From Calditrichia bacterium (GTDB lineage Bacteria; Calditrichota; Calditrichia; RBG-13-44-9; J075), in the NCBI GenBank assembly GCA_020634975.1, contig JACKAQ010000001.1, positions 1,774,857-1,838,856 of the forward strand: DNA of 64,000 nt, given 5' to 3'. The position numbers and the translations under genes are program-made. Shown one piece after another: positions 53,297 through 63,937 of the stretch; position 1 is the stretch's first letter; every line of letters begins with the position of its first letter. The notes under the pieces were generated by a model. The model was not told the DNA's origin. It did not search any database and saw only the letters and a program-made list of their open reading frames with translations.

Positions 53297-53330
53297 AAAA
53301 AGGCACGCAAATCTGCGTGCCTTTTTTCAT
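53297..53330. terminator. bidirectional intrinsic terminator between upp (+) and the TAXI gene (-)
   Basis: Stem ggcacgca / tgcgtgcc with loop aatc. It is flanked by A5 upstream and T6 downstream. Confidence 0.75.
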
Positions 53331-53374
53331 TGTGTTTTAATTTCGTTGCGAAGCCCGTGCTCCGCGATGCCGGT

Positions 53375-54400
53375 TTATTCGCTCGCTTCCGGCCAAATGC
53401 CGATTTCCTTAAAATAGCGGATCGCACCGGGATGGAACGGCGTGCCGGTATCGCGAATCACGTTTTTGGGGTTGATCGCCCGTCCCGCCGGATGCTGCTT
53501 TACTACCGCTTCCCGCTGTTCGTATAAAATTTTGGTGAATTGATACACCGTTTCTTCCGCCACATTTGCCGATGTAACCAAATGCATAGAACCCACGTTA
53601 AGCCCTTGATATTCATCAACTTGTCCGCGATAGGTTTCTGCCGGAATATTTGCCGCGTTGAAAAAGGGGTAATCCGCGATCAGCTTTTCCCGTGCCGCCG
53701 CGTCAAACGGAATGAAGACGATATCCTGCGTTGCGCATGCCTGCGTGATCGATGCTGTTGGCACCGCGCCGCCCAAAAATGCGGCAGCCGCGGAACCATC
53801 GGCGAGCATGTCCACTGCGCCGGCCTGCGTGTTGTTCAACGGCGTGAAATCGTCATATGTCAATCCGTGCGCCGCTAAAATCGGGCGGATAAAATATTCG
53901 AATCCCGCACCGGCGGGACCGACCACTACCCGCTTTCCGCGCAAATCTGCTATCGAATTGATATTATTGGACTTCGGTGCGATAAACAGCGCGATATTCG
54001 GCGCCAGCGTCATCACCGAACGGACGGTGTAGGCTTTCTCCCAATCGCCTTCGCCGCGCACTGCGAAATAGGAAATCGCTGCGTTGGCCATCGCAAAATC
54101 GAGTTCGCCGCGGTCCAGCCGCCGGATATTTTCCTGCGTGCCTTTGGTCGCTTCCGCGGAAATTTGCCAGCCTGATTCGCCGGCGTTATCGTTTACGGTT
54201 TGGGCAATCGCGCCGCCAACCACAAAAAATGCCCCGCCGGGCGGTGCCGTTCCCAAGCTCAAAAATTGCCGGTCGGCAGGTTTGGCGGATTGTTGTTCGG
54301 CATCGCCGCCACCGCCGCACGCCAAAAACAATCCCGCACCAACCAGCAAAACAACGCCGATTGCCGTGTATTTTCTGAAATTTCTGATCGAAAATTGCAT
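53375..54400 (-). CDS. TAXI-family TRAP transporter solute-binding protein, orphan (no DctQM nearby)
   Basis: Lipoprotein signal (LFLACGGGG) and the TAXI fold (FLSLGTAPPGGAFFVVGGAIA...FAMANAA...). Confidence 0.75.
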   Translation of the reverse strand: MQFSIRNFRKYTAIGVVLLVGAGLFLACGGGGDAEQQSAKPADRQFLSLGTAPPGGAFFVVGGAIAQTVNDNAGESGWQISAEATKGTQENIRRLDRGELDFAMANAAISYFAVRGEGDWEKAYTVRSVMTLAPNIALFIAPKSNNINSIADLRGKRVVVGPAGAGFEYFIRPILAAHGLTYDDFTPLNNTQAGAVDMLADGSAAAAFLGGAVPTASITQACATQDIVFIPFDAAAREKLIADYPFFNAANIPAETYRGQVDEYQGLNVGSMHLVTSANVAEETVYQFTKILYEQREAVVKQHPAGRAINPKNVIRDTGTPFHPGAIRYFKEIGIWPEASE

Positions 54401-54558
54401 GTATTTCCCCGTTATTTGATTGATTTTTTTCCGATTATTTCGCGCCTCGCCGACATTCGCTAACGCGAAAATATGCGAAATTGTTGTGCAAAGTTGAGAA
54501 ATTTTTATATTTAAAGCTAAAGATAGCGTAATTCATTCAATAAAAAAAGTGGACGGAT

Positions 54559-55623
54559 ATGCAGTTAAAATATGTTTTGGCGATTTGGGGACTGTTATTT
54601 TGTATCGCGGCGACCGCGAATGTACCGCAGAAAAAATGGATTGTCGGCACAAAGGAAGCAGCGCCGTTTTCCATGAAACAGCCGGACGGCAGTTGGCGCG
54701 GCATCAGCATCGACCTGTGGGAACAGATCGCCAAAAACGAAGGCTACACCTTTGAATATCGCGAAATGAGCCTCGAAGAAATGCTGCAGGGGCTGGAAAA
54801 CAACCAGATTGACCTCGCCGTTGCGGCACTGACCATCACACCGGATCGCGAAAAAGCGTTCGATTTCAGCCACGCGTTTTACAACACCGGGCTGAGCGTT
54901 GCGGTGCGCACAACCGGCGGAAACACCTACTGGCAGCTATTTTTGGGATTATTCTCCAAAGATTTTTTGCAAGTTGTTGCGGCGCTCGCGCTGTTGCTTT
55001 TTGCCGTAGGCGCGCTGGTTTGGCTGGTGGAACGCCGCCGCAATCCCGAACAATTTGGCGGCACGGCGATGCACGGGCTCGGCGCCGGTTTCTGGTGGTC
55101 GGCAGTCACGATGACCACCGTCGGCTATGGCGATAAAGCACCGGTCACCTTTTGGGGACGCATCCTCGGGCTGATCTGGATGTTTATGGCAATCATCATT
55201 ATTTCGAGCTTTACGGCGGGTATCGCATCTGCGTTAACGGTGAACCAGTTGCAATCGAACATCAACAGTGCGGATGATTTGCGGCATGTGAAAGTCGCTA
55301 CGGTGCGCGGCTCCACCAGCGAAAATTATCTGGTTCGCGATAACATCGGGCACCGCAGTTTTGACACGATCGGCAGTGCGCTGCAAGCCGTTGCCGACGG
55401 AACGGTGGACGCCGCCGTGTACGACGCGCCGATTCTGCGATACCTCGCCCAAAGCGAATATCAGGGATCGCTGAATGTGCTGCCGTTCACCTTCTCCCGG
55501 CAGGATTACGGCATCGGGCTACCGGATAGCAGCGACCTGCGCGAGCCGCTCAACCGGGCGTTGCTTTCGGAAATCCGTCGCGAAGAGTGGGAGAATGTGC
55601 TGAAGCGCTATCTCGGGGAATAA
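54559..55623 (+). CDS. GluR0-type prokaryotic ionotropic glutamate-receptor-like K+ channel
   Basis: Signal peptide, a periplasmic-binding-protein S1 lobe, M1, a pore helix with K+ selectivity filter (TTVGYGD), M2, and an S2 lobe. Confidence 0.75.
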   Translation: MQLKYVLAIWGLLFCIAATANVPQKKWIVGTKEAAPFSMKQPDGSWRGISIDLWEQIAKNEGYTFEYREMSLEEMLQGLENNQIDLAVAALTITPDREKAFDFSHAFYNTGLSVAVRTTGGNTYWQLFLGLFSKDFLQVVAALALLLFAVGALVWLVERRRNPEQFGGTAMHGLGAGFWWSAVTMTTVGYGDKAPVTFWGRILGLIWMFMAIIIISSFTAGIASALTVNQLQSNINSADDLRHVKVATVRGSTSENYLVRDNIGHRSFDTIGSALQAVADGTVDAAVYDAPILRYLAQSEYQGSLNVLPFTFSRQDYGIGLPDSSDLREPLNRALLSEIRREEWENVLKRYLGE

Positions 55624-55744
55624 TATATGTTTAAAGAGTTAAATTACCACAACGTCGTAAAACGCGCTGTGGTAAATATTTTCCTGAACAAATTATTCAG
55701 AGATTCCTGCCTGCGCAGGAATGACACAACAATATGCTGAGCGA

Positions 55745-56038
55745 TTATTTCTCCAATAACTGATTCATCGCTTTAGCCAGTTTGAAATCGAATTCGGTGA
55801 GTCCGCCGGCGTCGTGCGTATCCAGATCGATCACCACTTTATTGTAAACATTAAACCATGCCGGGTGGTGATTTTGCTTTTCGGCGAGGATCGCTGCGCG
55901 AGTCATGAATCCGAATGCCGCCACAAAATCCGGGAACTGGATTTCCCGGTGCAGCTTGCCGTCGACAATTTTCCAACCGGGAATTTCACCCAACATTTTT
56001 TTTGCATCTGTCTCATTTATTTTTGTCCTGCTGGTCAT
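55745..56038 (-). CDS. pterin-4a-carbinolamine dehydratase (PCD/DCoH)
   Basis: PCD signature ([16 protein letters not shown]). A GGAGGAAAT Shine-Dalgarno precedes the ATG at 56038. Confidence 0.85.
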   Translation of the reverse strand: MTSRTKINETDAKKMLGEIPGWKIVDGKLHREIQFPDFVAAFGFMTRAAILAEKQNHHPAWFNVYNKVVIDLDTHDAGGLTEFDFKLAKAMNQLLEK

Positions 56039-56239
56039 ATTTCCTCCTTTGGTTTGATTATTCAAGATATGTCGACCAATTGCAGTTGTCAACCGTTTGC
56101 CAAATCTCAAGTTTGCGAATCTTGCCTGTTTATGCTAAATTGTCACCGACCAACATCGGGAAGCGTTGACGGCACCTGCTGACAAATTGAAATTTTCTGG
56201 CTCACCTGCCGGAAAAACAGTTTACCATCCAATTTTTAT

Positions 56240-59200
56240 TTGGGGAAATTGATGCTGGGACAATCCATTCTCCATTACAACATCATCGAAAAGCTCGGCG
56301 AAGGCGGAATGGGCGTGGTGTATCTCGCTGAAGATACGCGGCTCGGGCGAAATGTTGCCATCAAATTTTTGCCGGATCATATTGCCAACGACAGCGAATC
56401 GCGGGAGCGGTTTGTCAACGAGGCAAAAGCAGCCGCTGCGCTCAATCACCCCAACATCGCCCAAATTTACGCCATCGAAAATAGCGAAGATGCACAATTT
56501 ATTGTGATGGAATATGTTGACGGTAACGAACTCATTGAGGCGATTCGTGAATCGCCCCTACATCCAGAGGTTGCCATCGACTACGCAAACCAAATTGCGA
56601 ACGGGTTGCATGCAGCACATGAAAAAGGCATTATTCATCGCGATATCAAACCGACGAACATCATGATTACCGGTGACGGGCAGGTGAAAATCATGGATTT
56701 CGGGCTGGCGAAAATGGCCGATGCCGCGCTGAAAACCCGCCAGGGCACAACACTCGGCACTTTCGCATACATGAGCCCGGAGCAGGCGCAGGGCATGACG
56801 GTCGATTATCGCACCGACATCTGGTCGCTGGGCGTGGTGTTTTATCAAATGATTGCCGGAAAAGCACCGTTCGAGGGCGATTACGAACAGGTGCTGATTT
56901 ACGCCATCCTCAACGAATCGCCGGAAAAACTCGCGGAAACGCGACCGGAAATTCCCGCCGAAATCGATGCGATTATCGAAAAAGCGCTCGCCAAAAATCC
57001 CGATGAACGCTTTGCGACGATGGCGGAAATGATCGCCGCGCTGAATGCGATTCAATCAAAACCAGGTAAAAGCGCAGGCGAAACAAAATTGCCCAAAGAA
57101 GATCCGCAGGCAGAGCAAATCGGGCCGTATAAAATTCGTCAGCAGATCGGCGAGGGCGGCATGGGCGAAGTGTATCTCGCGGAGCAAATCGCCCCGGTGC
57201 GCCGAAAAGTAGCGCTCAAAATCATCAAATTGGGGATGGACAGCAAACAAATTGTGGCGCGATTCGAAGCGGAACGGCAGGCGCTGGCAGTGATGGATCA
57301 TCCGAACATCGCCAAAGTTTTTGAAGCCGGAACCACCGACAAAGGTCGCCCATATTTTGTGATGGAATACGTTCCCGGCGTGCCGTTGAACACCTATTGC
57401 GATACGGAACGGCTTTCCACCAACGAACGGCTGGAGTTGTTCACCGCCATCTGCGGTGCCGTGCAGCATGCTCACCAAAAGGGCGTTATTCACCGCGATT
57501 TGAAGCCGTCGAACATCCTCGTTTCGCTGCAGGACGGCAAACCGGTGCCCAAAATTATCGATTTCGGCATCGCGAAAGCAATCCACACGCCGCTCACCGA
57601 CAGCACGTTGGTGACTGCCATCGGCGAGGTGGTGGGCACGCCCGCATACATGAGCCCGGAGCAACTGGAAAATTCCCAACTGGATATTGACACGCGATCG
57701 GATATTTATTCGCTCGGCGTGATACTGTTTGAATTGCTCGCCGGCGCGTTGCCCTTCGATTTCAGCGAATACCAAAAACCGGGCGATTCGCTGCAAAAAA
57801 TGATTCGCGAAACCGATCCGCCAACGCCCAGCAAACGGCTGCAAACCATCGGCGATGTGCGGGAAAAAATCGCCAGAAATCGCCGCACGGATGCCGGATC
57901 GCTGCACAAAAAGCTCGCGGGCGATCTCGACTGGATCACCGTGAAAGCGATGGAAAAAGATCGCAATCGCCGCTACGAGACCGCTAACGGTTTGGCGATG
58001 GACATCCGGCGATATTTGAATGACGAACCGGTTTTTGCGCGACCGCCGAGCGCAGGCTACCGTATTTCAAAATTTGTGCGGCGCAACCGATTGGCGGTGA
58101 TCGCTGCCGGCGTTGCCGTTTCAGGATTGCTGATCGGGTTCATTTTCGCAACAGCCGGATTTGTCCGCGCCACCAAAGCGGAGCAGAAAGCCTCCCGCGA
58201 AGCTGAATCTGCCCGGCAAGTCTCCAATTTTTTGATCGATCTGTTCAAAATTTCCGATCCCACCGAAGCCGTTGGCGACACGATTTCTGCGCGGCAATTG
58301 CTCGACCGCAGCGCCGAGCGCATCGGCGCAGAGCTCAAAAATGAGCCGGTAATTCAGGCGCGACTAATGCACACGATGGGCAAAGTATATTCGGAAATGG
58401 GGCTGTTCGGGCGATCCAAACCGCTGCTGGATTCCGCGCTGGCCAAACAGCGGGCGCTGCTCGACACCCAAAATCCGGAACTCGGCGCGACGCTGCACGA
58501 TCTCGGTTACACTTATTATCAGCTTGGCGAATTTGACAGTGCGCAGGTGCTGATGGAACAATCGCTGCAAATTTTCCGCGAAAACGGCAATCACGAAAAA
58601 GTGGTGCAAAATCTCCGGCAGCTCGGCGATGTCTGGGAGGAAAAAGGCGACCAGGAAAAGCAGCTCAACTATCATCAGGAATCTGTTGAATATGCTGAAC
58701 AAACCATCGGTAAAAATAATATTCAGTACGCGGAATCGGTGTCGAAACTCTCGTTTGCGCTGGCAAATCAGGGCAAATACGAGGCAGCGGAGCCGCTGGT
58801 TCGGGAAGCGTTGCGCATCGCCAAAGCGCAGGTCGGCGACGATCACTGGCTGACCAGCCGCATCAAAATTGATCTCGCGTGGTGGCTGCTGGATTTGAGC
58901 CGCAACGACGAAGCCGTCCAATTGTTCAACGAGGCGCTGGAAACATTCAAAAAAATATACGGGCCGGATCATCCGGAAACGGCCATCGCGATGAGCAATC
59001 TGGCGTCCACTTACACATCGCTCAATCGCCACGAAGATGCCATTGAACTGCACAAACAGGCAGTAACCATTTTCAAAAAACGCTACGGCAATGTGCATTA
59101 CGACGTGGCAACGGCGATGAACAATTACGGACGTTCGCTGGTGCTCAAAGGCGATTACGACGCTGCGGAAAAAGTGTTGTGGGAAGTGGTGTCCATTTAC

Positions 59201-59590
59201 GAAACGCTATATGGCAAAGACACGCCGCGACCGGCGGCAGCATACACCAATCTCGGTCGCGCTGCACTCGCAAAAAAGGATTTCCGGCGGGCTGAGGAAT
59301 ACCTCAAAAAAGCGGTGGCGATGTTTACCGAACTGGTTGGCGATGCGCATCCGGTGCTCAGCTATCCCATGTTTGAACTGGCGAAGCTGAAAACCGAAAC
59401 CGGCGATGTTGCGGCAGCGGAAGTGGTTTTCCGGCAGGTAATCGCGCTTCGCGAAGCGGCATTTGGCGAAGCCAACGAAGAAGTGCTGCAAGCCCAAACC
59501 GCTTATGCCGCGTTACTGCGGCAGATGAATCGCCCGGCAGCAGCAGATTCGGTAGTAAAACGGGTAGCAGAGATGTCGATTCAAAATTGA
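56240..59590 (+). CDS. Ser/Thr protein kinase with two tandem kinase domains, one TM helix and a C-terminal TPR array
   Basis: Kinase domain 1 is at roughly 56270-57050 (GEGGMGVVYLAED, HRDIKPTN, DFGLAK, YMSPEQ). Kinase domain 2 is at roughly 57120-57920 (GEGGMGEVYLAEQ, HRDLKPSN, DFGIAK, YMSPEQ). A TM helix lies at about 58090-58160, followed by about 400 aa of TPR-like repeats. Confidence 0.85.
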   Translation: MGKLMLGQSILHYNIIEKLGEGGMGVVYLAEDTRLGRNVAIKFLPDHIANDSESRERFVNEAKAAAALNHPNIAQIYAIENSEDAQFIVMEYVDGNELIEAIRESPLHPEVAIDYANQIANGLHAAHEKGIIHRDIKPTNIMITGDGQVKIMDFGLAKMADAALKTRQGTTLGTFAYMSPEQAQGMTVDYRTDIWSLGVVFYQMIAGKAPFEGDYEQVLIYAILNESPEKLAETRPEIPAEIDAIIEKALAKNPDERFATMAEMIAALNAIQSKPGKSAGETKLPKEDPQAEQIGPYKIRQQIGEGGMGEVYLAEQIAPVRRKVALKIIKLGMDSKQIVARFEAERQALAVMDHPNIAKVFEAGTTDKGRPYFVMEYVPGVPLNTYCDTERLSTNERLELFTAICGAVQHAHQKGVIHRDLKPSNILVSLQDGKPVPKIIDFGIAKAIHTPLTDSTLVTAIGEVVGTPAYMSPEQLENSQLDIDTRSDIYSLGVILFELLAGALPFDFSEYQKPGDSLQKMIRETDPPTPSKRLQTIGDVREKIARNRRTDAGSLHKKLAGDLDWITVKAMEKDRNRRYETANGLAMDIRRYLNDEPVFARPPSAGYRISKFVRRNRLAVIAAGVAVSGLLIGFIFATAGFVRATKAEQKASREAESARQVSNFLIDLFKISDPTEAVGDTISARQLLDRSAERIGAELKNEPVIQARLMHTMGKVYSEMGLFGRSKPLLDSALAKQRALLDTQNPELGATLHDLGYTYYQLGEFDSAQVLMEQSLQIFRENGNHEKVVQNLRQLGDVWEEKGDQEKQLNYHQESVEYAEQTIGKNNIQYAESVSKLSFALANQGKYEAAEPLVREALRIAKAQVGDDHWLTSRIKIDLAWWLLDLSRNDEAVQLFNEALETFKKIYGPDHPETAIAMSNLASTYTSLNRHEDAIELHKQAVTIFKKRYGNVHYDVATAMNNYGRSLVLKGDYDAAEKVLWEVVSIYETLYGKDTPRPAAAYTNLGRAALAKKDFRRAEEYLKKAVAMFTELVGDAHPVLSYPMFELAKLKTETGDVAAAEVVFRQVIALREAAFGEANEEVLQAQTAYAALLRQMNRPAAADSVVKRVAEMSIQN

Positions 59591-59612
59591 CCAACACATT
59601 GGAAACCAAGGT

Positions 59613-62050
59613 ATGATTGGTAAAAAAATTCTCCATTACAACATTGTCAAAAAGCTCGGCGAGGGCGGGATGGGCGTGGTGTATCTTGCCGAAGACACCC
59701 GGCTCGATCGACAAGTTGCCATCAAATTTCTGCCCGGTCACATCGCTACGGATACAGAAGCTCGGCAGCGATTCGAAATTGAGGCAAAAGCGGCGGCATC
59801 GCTGAATCATCCGAATATCGCCAACGATCCACGCTATCGAACATGCAGAAGAAGATGTGTTTATTTTGTCATGGAATACATCGACGGGCAGGCCGACGCC
59901 AAATGCATGAGATTGCCGGACTGGAACGGCTGCCCGGATCGAACGGCTGGAACTGATATCGCCATCCAGATTGCCAAAGGGTTGCAGGCAGCACGATGAA
60001 AAAGGGATTGTTCATCGCGATATCAAATCCGGCAATATCATGGTCACCGCTGACCGGCAGGTGCAAATTGATGGATTTCGGCATCGCGAAAGTTGGCACG
60101 CAGCAAAACTCACCCAGGTCGGCATCGACACTGGGCACGCCCGCATATATGTCGCCGGAACAGGCGCAGGGCGAACCGGTGGATCAGCGCAGCGATTTGT
60201 GGTCGCTGGGCGTTGTGCTGTACGAACTACTTATCGGCGAAATGCCGTTTGCAGGCGATTTCAGCGCAGGCGGTTATTTACGCGATTCTCAACGAAACAT
60301 TCGCGAGCCGGTCGATCAAAAACGGGCGGATGTGCCCCGGCGATTGCTGCAAATCTGTCCAGCGCAATTGAAAAGAAATGCTCCAAAAAATCCGGAAAAC
60401 CGCTATGCCAGCGCATCGATTGCTGGGCGAATTGCAACGTGCGGATCGGCAGGTGGATAGTATTTCCCGCTCTCAATGGATTCCATCCGCCGAAAAACCG
60501 GAAAAAATCGACCATCAACAAACAGGCGATTATCAGCACGCTTTTTATTTTTCCGTGTTTATTATCGCTGTGGTTTTATGGTCCCGCTTTACCGGACGAA
60601 CGTCCGACCTGCCAGATTATGCCCAACAGCTCAATTCCATTGCTGTGTTGCCGTTCGACGATCTCAGCCCGGAACAGGATCAGGAATATTTTTGCGCGAC
60701 AGCCGACCGAGGCGAAATTTTCACCAAACTTGCGCGATTGGGCGAACTGAAAGTGATTGCCCGGACATCCGTAATGCGCTATCGCAACAAAATTGTCTCC
60801 GAAAAAGCATTCGGGAAATTGGGGAGGAACTGGATGTGTCTACCGTGCTGGAAGGCAGCATTCGCAAACATGAGGATAACATCCGCGTGACCGCGCAGTT
60901 GATCCGCACGAATGACGAGTCGCATATCTGGGCGGAATCGTATGACAAAAACTCGATGATGTGTTTGACACTGCAGGATGATGTTGCCAAATCCATTGCA
61001 GAAGCCTTGCATGTGCAACTATCACCGAAAGCCATCGCCGCCATCGAGGAAAATAGCAAAAACAGGATACGCGCCTATACGAACTCGTGAAGCGCGGTAA
61101 CCACATGCTTTTCGCAGGAAAAGAAACAGAGAAAAGGCACTCGAATTTTATAAAACAACACTGGCAACCGATTCAACTTATGCACCGGCATCATCGGCAT
61201 TACTATGCGCTGGCATCACAAATGGGTGTTTAGCGGATTCCGGGACAGGGGTGCGCATCGCCGCAAGCTTGACTGGGCGGAAAAATCTATCCGGCTGGCG
61301 CCGGACAATCCCGATGCGCTCGCGGTTTTGGCGCATTCCTATCTGACTTCCGGCGTGAGCATTGATTCAACATACGCAGTGCTTTCAACAAGCGCTGGAC
61401 GCAAACCGAACAGCGAGGCGTTGCGCTGGAAGCTGCCGGATTTTTCTACATCAGCAGAATTGGTTTGTGGGACGCGGGGCTCAACTAATCGCCAAAAGCA
61501 GCCATTGATCCATTCGGGATGTAATATTTTCACCATCGCTGCGGCAATGTGCAATTATATCGACATTGGCGATGAACAACTACGGACGTTCGCTGGTGCT
61601 CAAAGGCGATTACGACGCTTGAGCAAAGTATTGTGGGAAGTGGTGTCCATTTACGAAACGCTTCTGGCGGTATTAACCGCGACGCGACCGGCGGCGGATA
61701 GCCAATCTCGGTCGCGCTGCACTCGCAAAAAAGATTTTCGGCGGGCTGAGGAATTGGCAAAAAAGCGGTGCCGATGTTTACGTTCTGGTTGGCGATGCGC
61801 ATCGCGGTGCTCAGCTATCCGGAAAATGAATTGGCGAAGCTGAAAAGGACGAAACCGGTTTATTTGCTGCAGATATGCCGGACGAGGCAGGTGATTGCGC
61901 TTCGCGAAAGCAGCATTCGGCGAATCCAACGAAGAGTGCTGTATCAATATCAAACACCGATTCCGCGTTGCTGCGGCAGATGAATCGCCCGGCAGCGATG
62001 ATCAACAACTTTTCGGCGGATACAGCAGTTTTCGGTGGAATAATTTCGAA
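59613..62050 (+). pseudogene. decayed paralog of the upstream Ser/Thr kinase (kinase domain + TM + TolB_N-like periplasmic domain + TPR remnant)
   Basis: The N-terminus is about 80% identical to kinase domain 1 (MIGKKILHYNIVKKLGEGGMGVVYLAEDTRLDRQVAIKFLP). It is then broken into at least 5 frames. A periplasmic-domain fragment (IAVLPFDDLSPEQDQEY...VIARTSVMRY...TAQLIRTNDESHIWAESYD) follows. The region 61560-62010 is a mutated copy of 59100-59560. Confidence 0.7.
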
Positions 62051-62105
62051 TTTTTTGACGATCAACATTCAGCGTTTAATTCCATAATTTACAGGAGCTT
62101 GATTG

Positions 62106-62501
62106 ATGAAAATCGACTTGATCACCATTTTGACGAATGACGCGCCAAAACTCAGCAAATTTTACCGTGATGTGCTCGGTTTTTCCGTGGCGCAAAATAC
62201 CGGAAAATATGTGGAATTGGCCAACGAATCCGTGCGATTTGCCATTTGCGAACGCCCGATAATGACGCAGGCAACCGGACACAAATCCTATCGCGAAAAG
62301 CCCGCCGGACAGTCGTTTGAGTTGGCATTTGTGCTGGATTCCCCGGCGGCGGTGGACGCCAAATATGATGAAATTATCGCCAACGGCGCAACGCCGGTAA
62401 AAGCGCCAGCAACCATGCCGTGGGGCATGCACACCGCGTTTTTCGCCGATCCGGACGGGAATATTCACGAGCTGTTTTGTCATCCGCAGGCGGAAAAATA
62501 A
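62106..62501 (+). CDS. VOC-family (glyoxalase/bleomycin-resistance-like) protein
   Basis: VOC fold (LSKFYRDVLGF...) in 131 aa. Its stop codon overlaps the next ATG. Confidence 0.65.
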   Translation: MKIDLITILTNDAPKLSKFYRDVLGFSVAQNTGKYVELANESVRFAICERPIMTQATGHKSYREKPAGQSFELAFVLDSPAAVDAKYDEIIANGATPVKAPATMPWGMHTAFFADPDGNIHELFCHPQAEK

Positions 62502-63378
62502 TGTTGCTCTATCAGGAAATTGTGCCGGACAAGCGGCTGGCAAATCACATTTTATCCTATTGGAAATTCGAATATCACCCGGATTCATCCGACGGAAAAC
62601 CGCCGGAAATGCTCGATCACACAGTGTTGCCGGACGGTTGTGTGTCGCTGGTATTTCATTATAATCAATATGTTAAGCAACGATTTTCTGTGCTGTTCAG
62701 GCGCGGATGCAGAATTATAACACACAGATGTATCCCGGCAGCGTGTTTGTGGGTGTGCGGTTTTTTCCCGGCGTTGTGGATGCACTGTTCGGTATCAGCG
62801 GCGCGGCGTTGCGCGATCAATCCATCGATGCGAGCACGATTTGCAGCAACCTCAATTTGGGCAAATTGCTGGAATGCATCTGCAAAAATTTCGACCAATA
62901 CGAGCTGTTCGACGAAGAATTGCTGCCATTCATCACCAAATTTGCCGGAAAACCGGACGAGCGGATTACCCGCGCCGTTTCGCTGATTGTCGCGGCAAAC
63001 GGCAACATCAAAATGGCGGATATCGCCGGAAAAGTGCACCTCAGTGAGCGGCAGTTGCAGCGCATTTTCCGCGAAAAAGTGGGGCTGACGCCCAAAGAAT
63101 TTGCACGGATTCGCCGCATCCGCACATCGCTGATCAAGATGGTGCTGGAAAACCGGGATTTGCAGGAGGTTATTCACAACGCGGGATATTTCGATCAGGC
63201 TCATTTTATCCGCGATTTCGGCGCAATTGCCGGCACCAATCCCACTTTGTTTAAAAAAATACATTTCGCAAATCGATCATCGCAACATTTCACCGCCCGA
63301 TGCACAGCGTTGATGTTGTCGTTTTTTACAATCATTTCTCGCCCGGAAAAGCTATTTTTTTTTACAAATAAAATTTAA
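62501..63378 (+). CDS. AraC-family transcriptional regulator (frameshifted near 62700)
   Basis: An N-terminal effector-like domain in one frame and a C-terminal AraC HTH in another (ITRAVSLIVAANGNIKMADIAGKVHLSERQLQRIFREKVGLTPKEFARIRRI...DLQEVIHNAGYFDQAHFIRDF). Confidence 0.6.
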
Positions 63379-63388
63379 GGAGACAGAT

Positions 63389-63937
63389 ATGCCTGCTACT
63401 GATATTTCATGCCTCAAATCGCTGTTTTTCATTAGCTTAACAATGTCGTTATTTCTGTGTGCAAGCGTCGTTTCTGCACAGGAAGGGCCGTCCGAAAAAC
63501 ATGTGGCGGCAATGAAAAGCTCGATTTTTGATCGGGAAATGGAAAGGAATTGGCTGGCAAATGACGCCGCAAGGCGCCAAAGAAGATGCGATGGTCGAAG
63601 AAAATATCCGCCGAAACTGGACGGTTTGGTGCTGATGGTGGAAGGTGTCGGTAAACGAACGGACCCCGAAACCGGGAAAGAAATGATTGTGCACAATGCG
63701 CTCGGTCTGATGTCGTATGATCCGCATGGCGGCGGTTACAAAATGCAATCGCATTTATCGAACGGGCGATCCACCACCGCCGATGCCAAATTCAACGATG
63801 ATGGCTCATTTGTCTGGTGGTTCAAAACGCCGCAGGGCACCATTCGCTATACGATCAAACTGAACAGCGCCGATCAATGGCACGAAATCGGGGAGTTTTC
63901 CGCAGACGGCGAGAACTGGCGCCAATTTTTGAGATGA
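63389..63937 (+). CDS. secreted hypothetical protein
   Basis: Signal peptide (LFFISLTMSLFLCASVVSA). 182 aa with no domain recognised. A local frame error cannot be excluded. Confidence 0.35.
   Translation: MPATDISCLKSLFFISLTMSLFLCASVVSAQEGPSEKHVAAMKSSIFDREMERNWLANDAARRQRRCDGRRKYPPKLDGLVLMVEGVGKRTDPETGKEMIVHNALGLMSYDPHGGGYKMQSHLSNGRSTTADAKFNDDGSFVWWFKTPQGTIRYTIKLNSADQWHEIGEFSADGENWRQFLR

Noticed and set aside
57056-57907. 283 aa minus-strand ORF inside the tandem kinase gene
   Set aside because: It is an antisense shadow in a high-GC coding region. The kinase on the plus strand is unambiguous.
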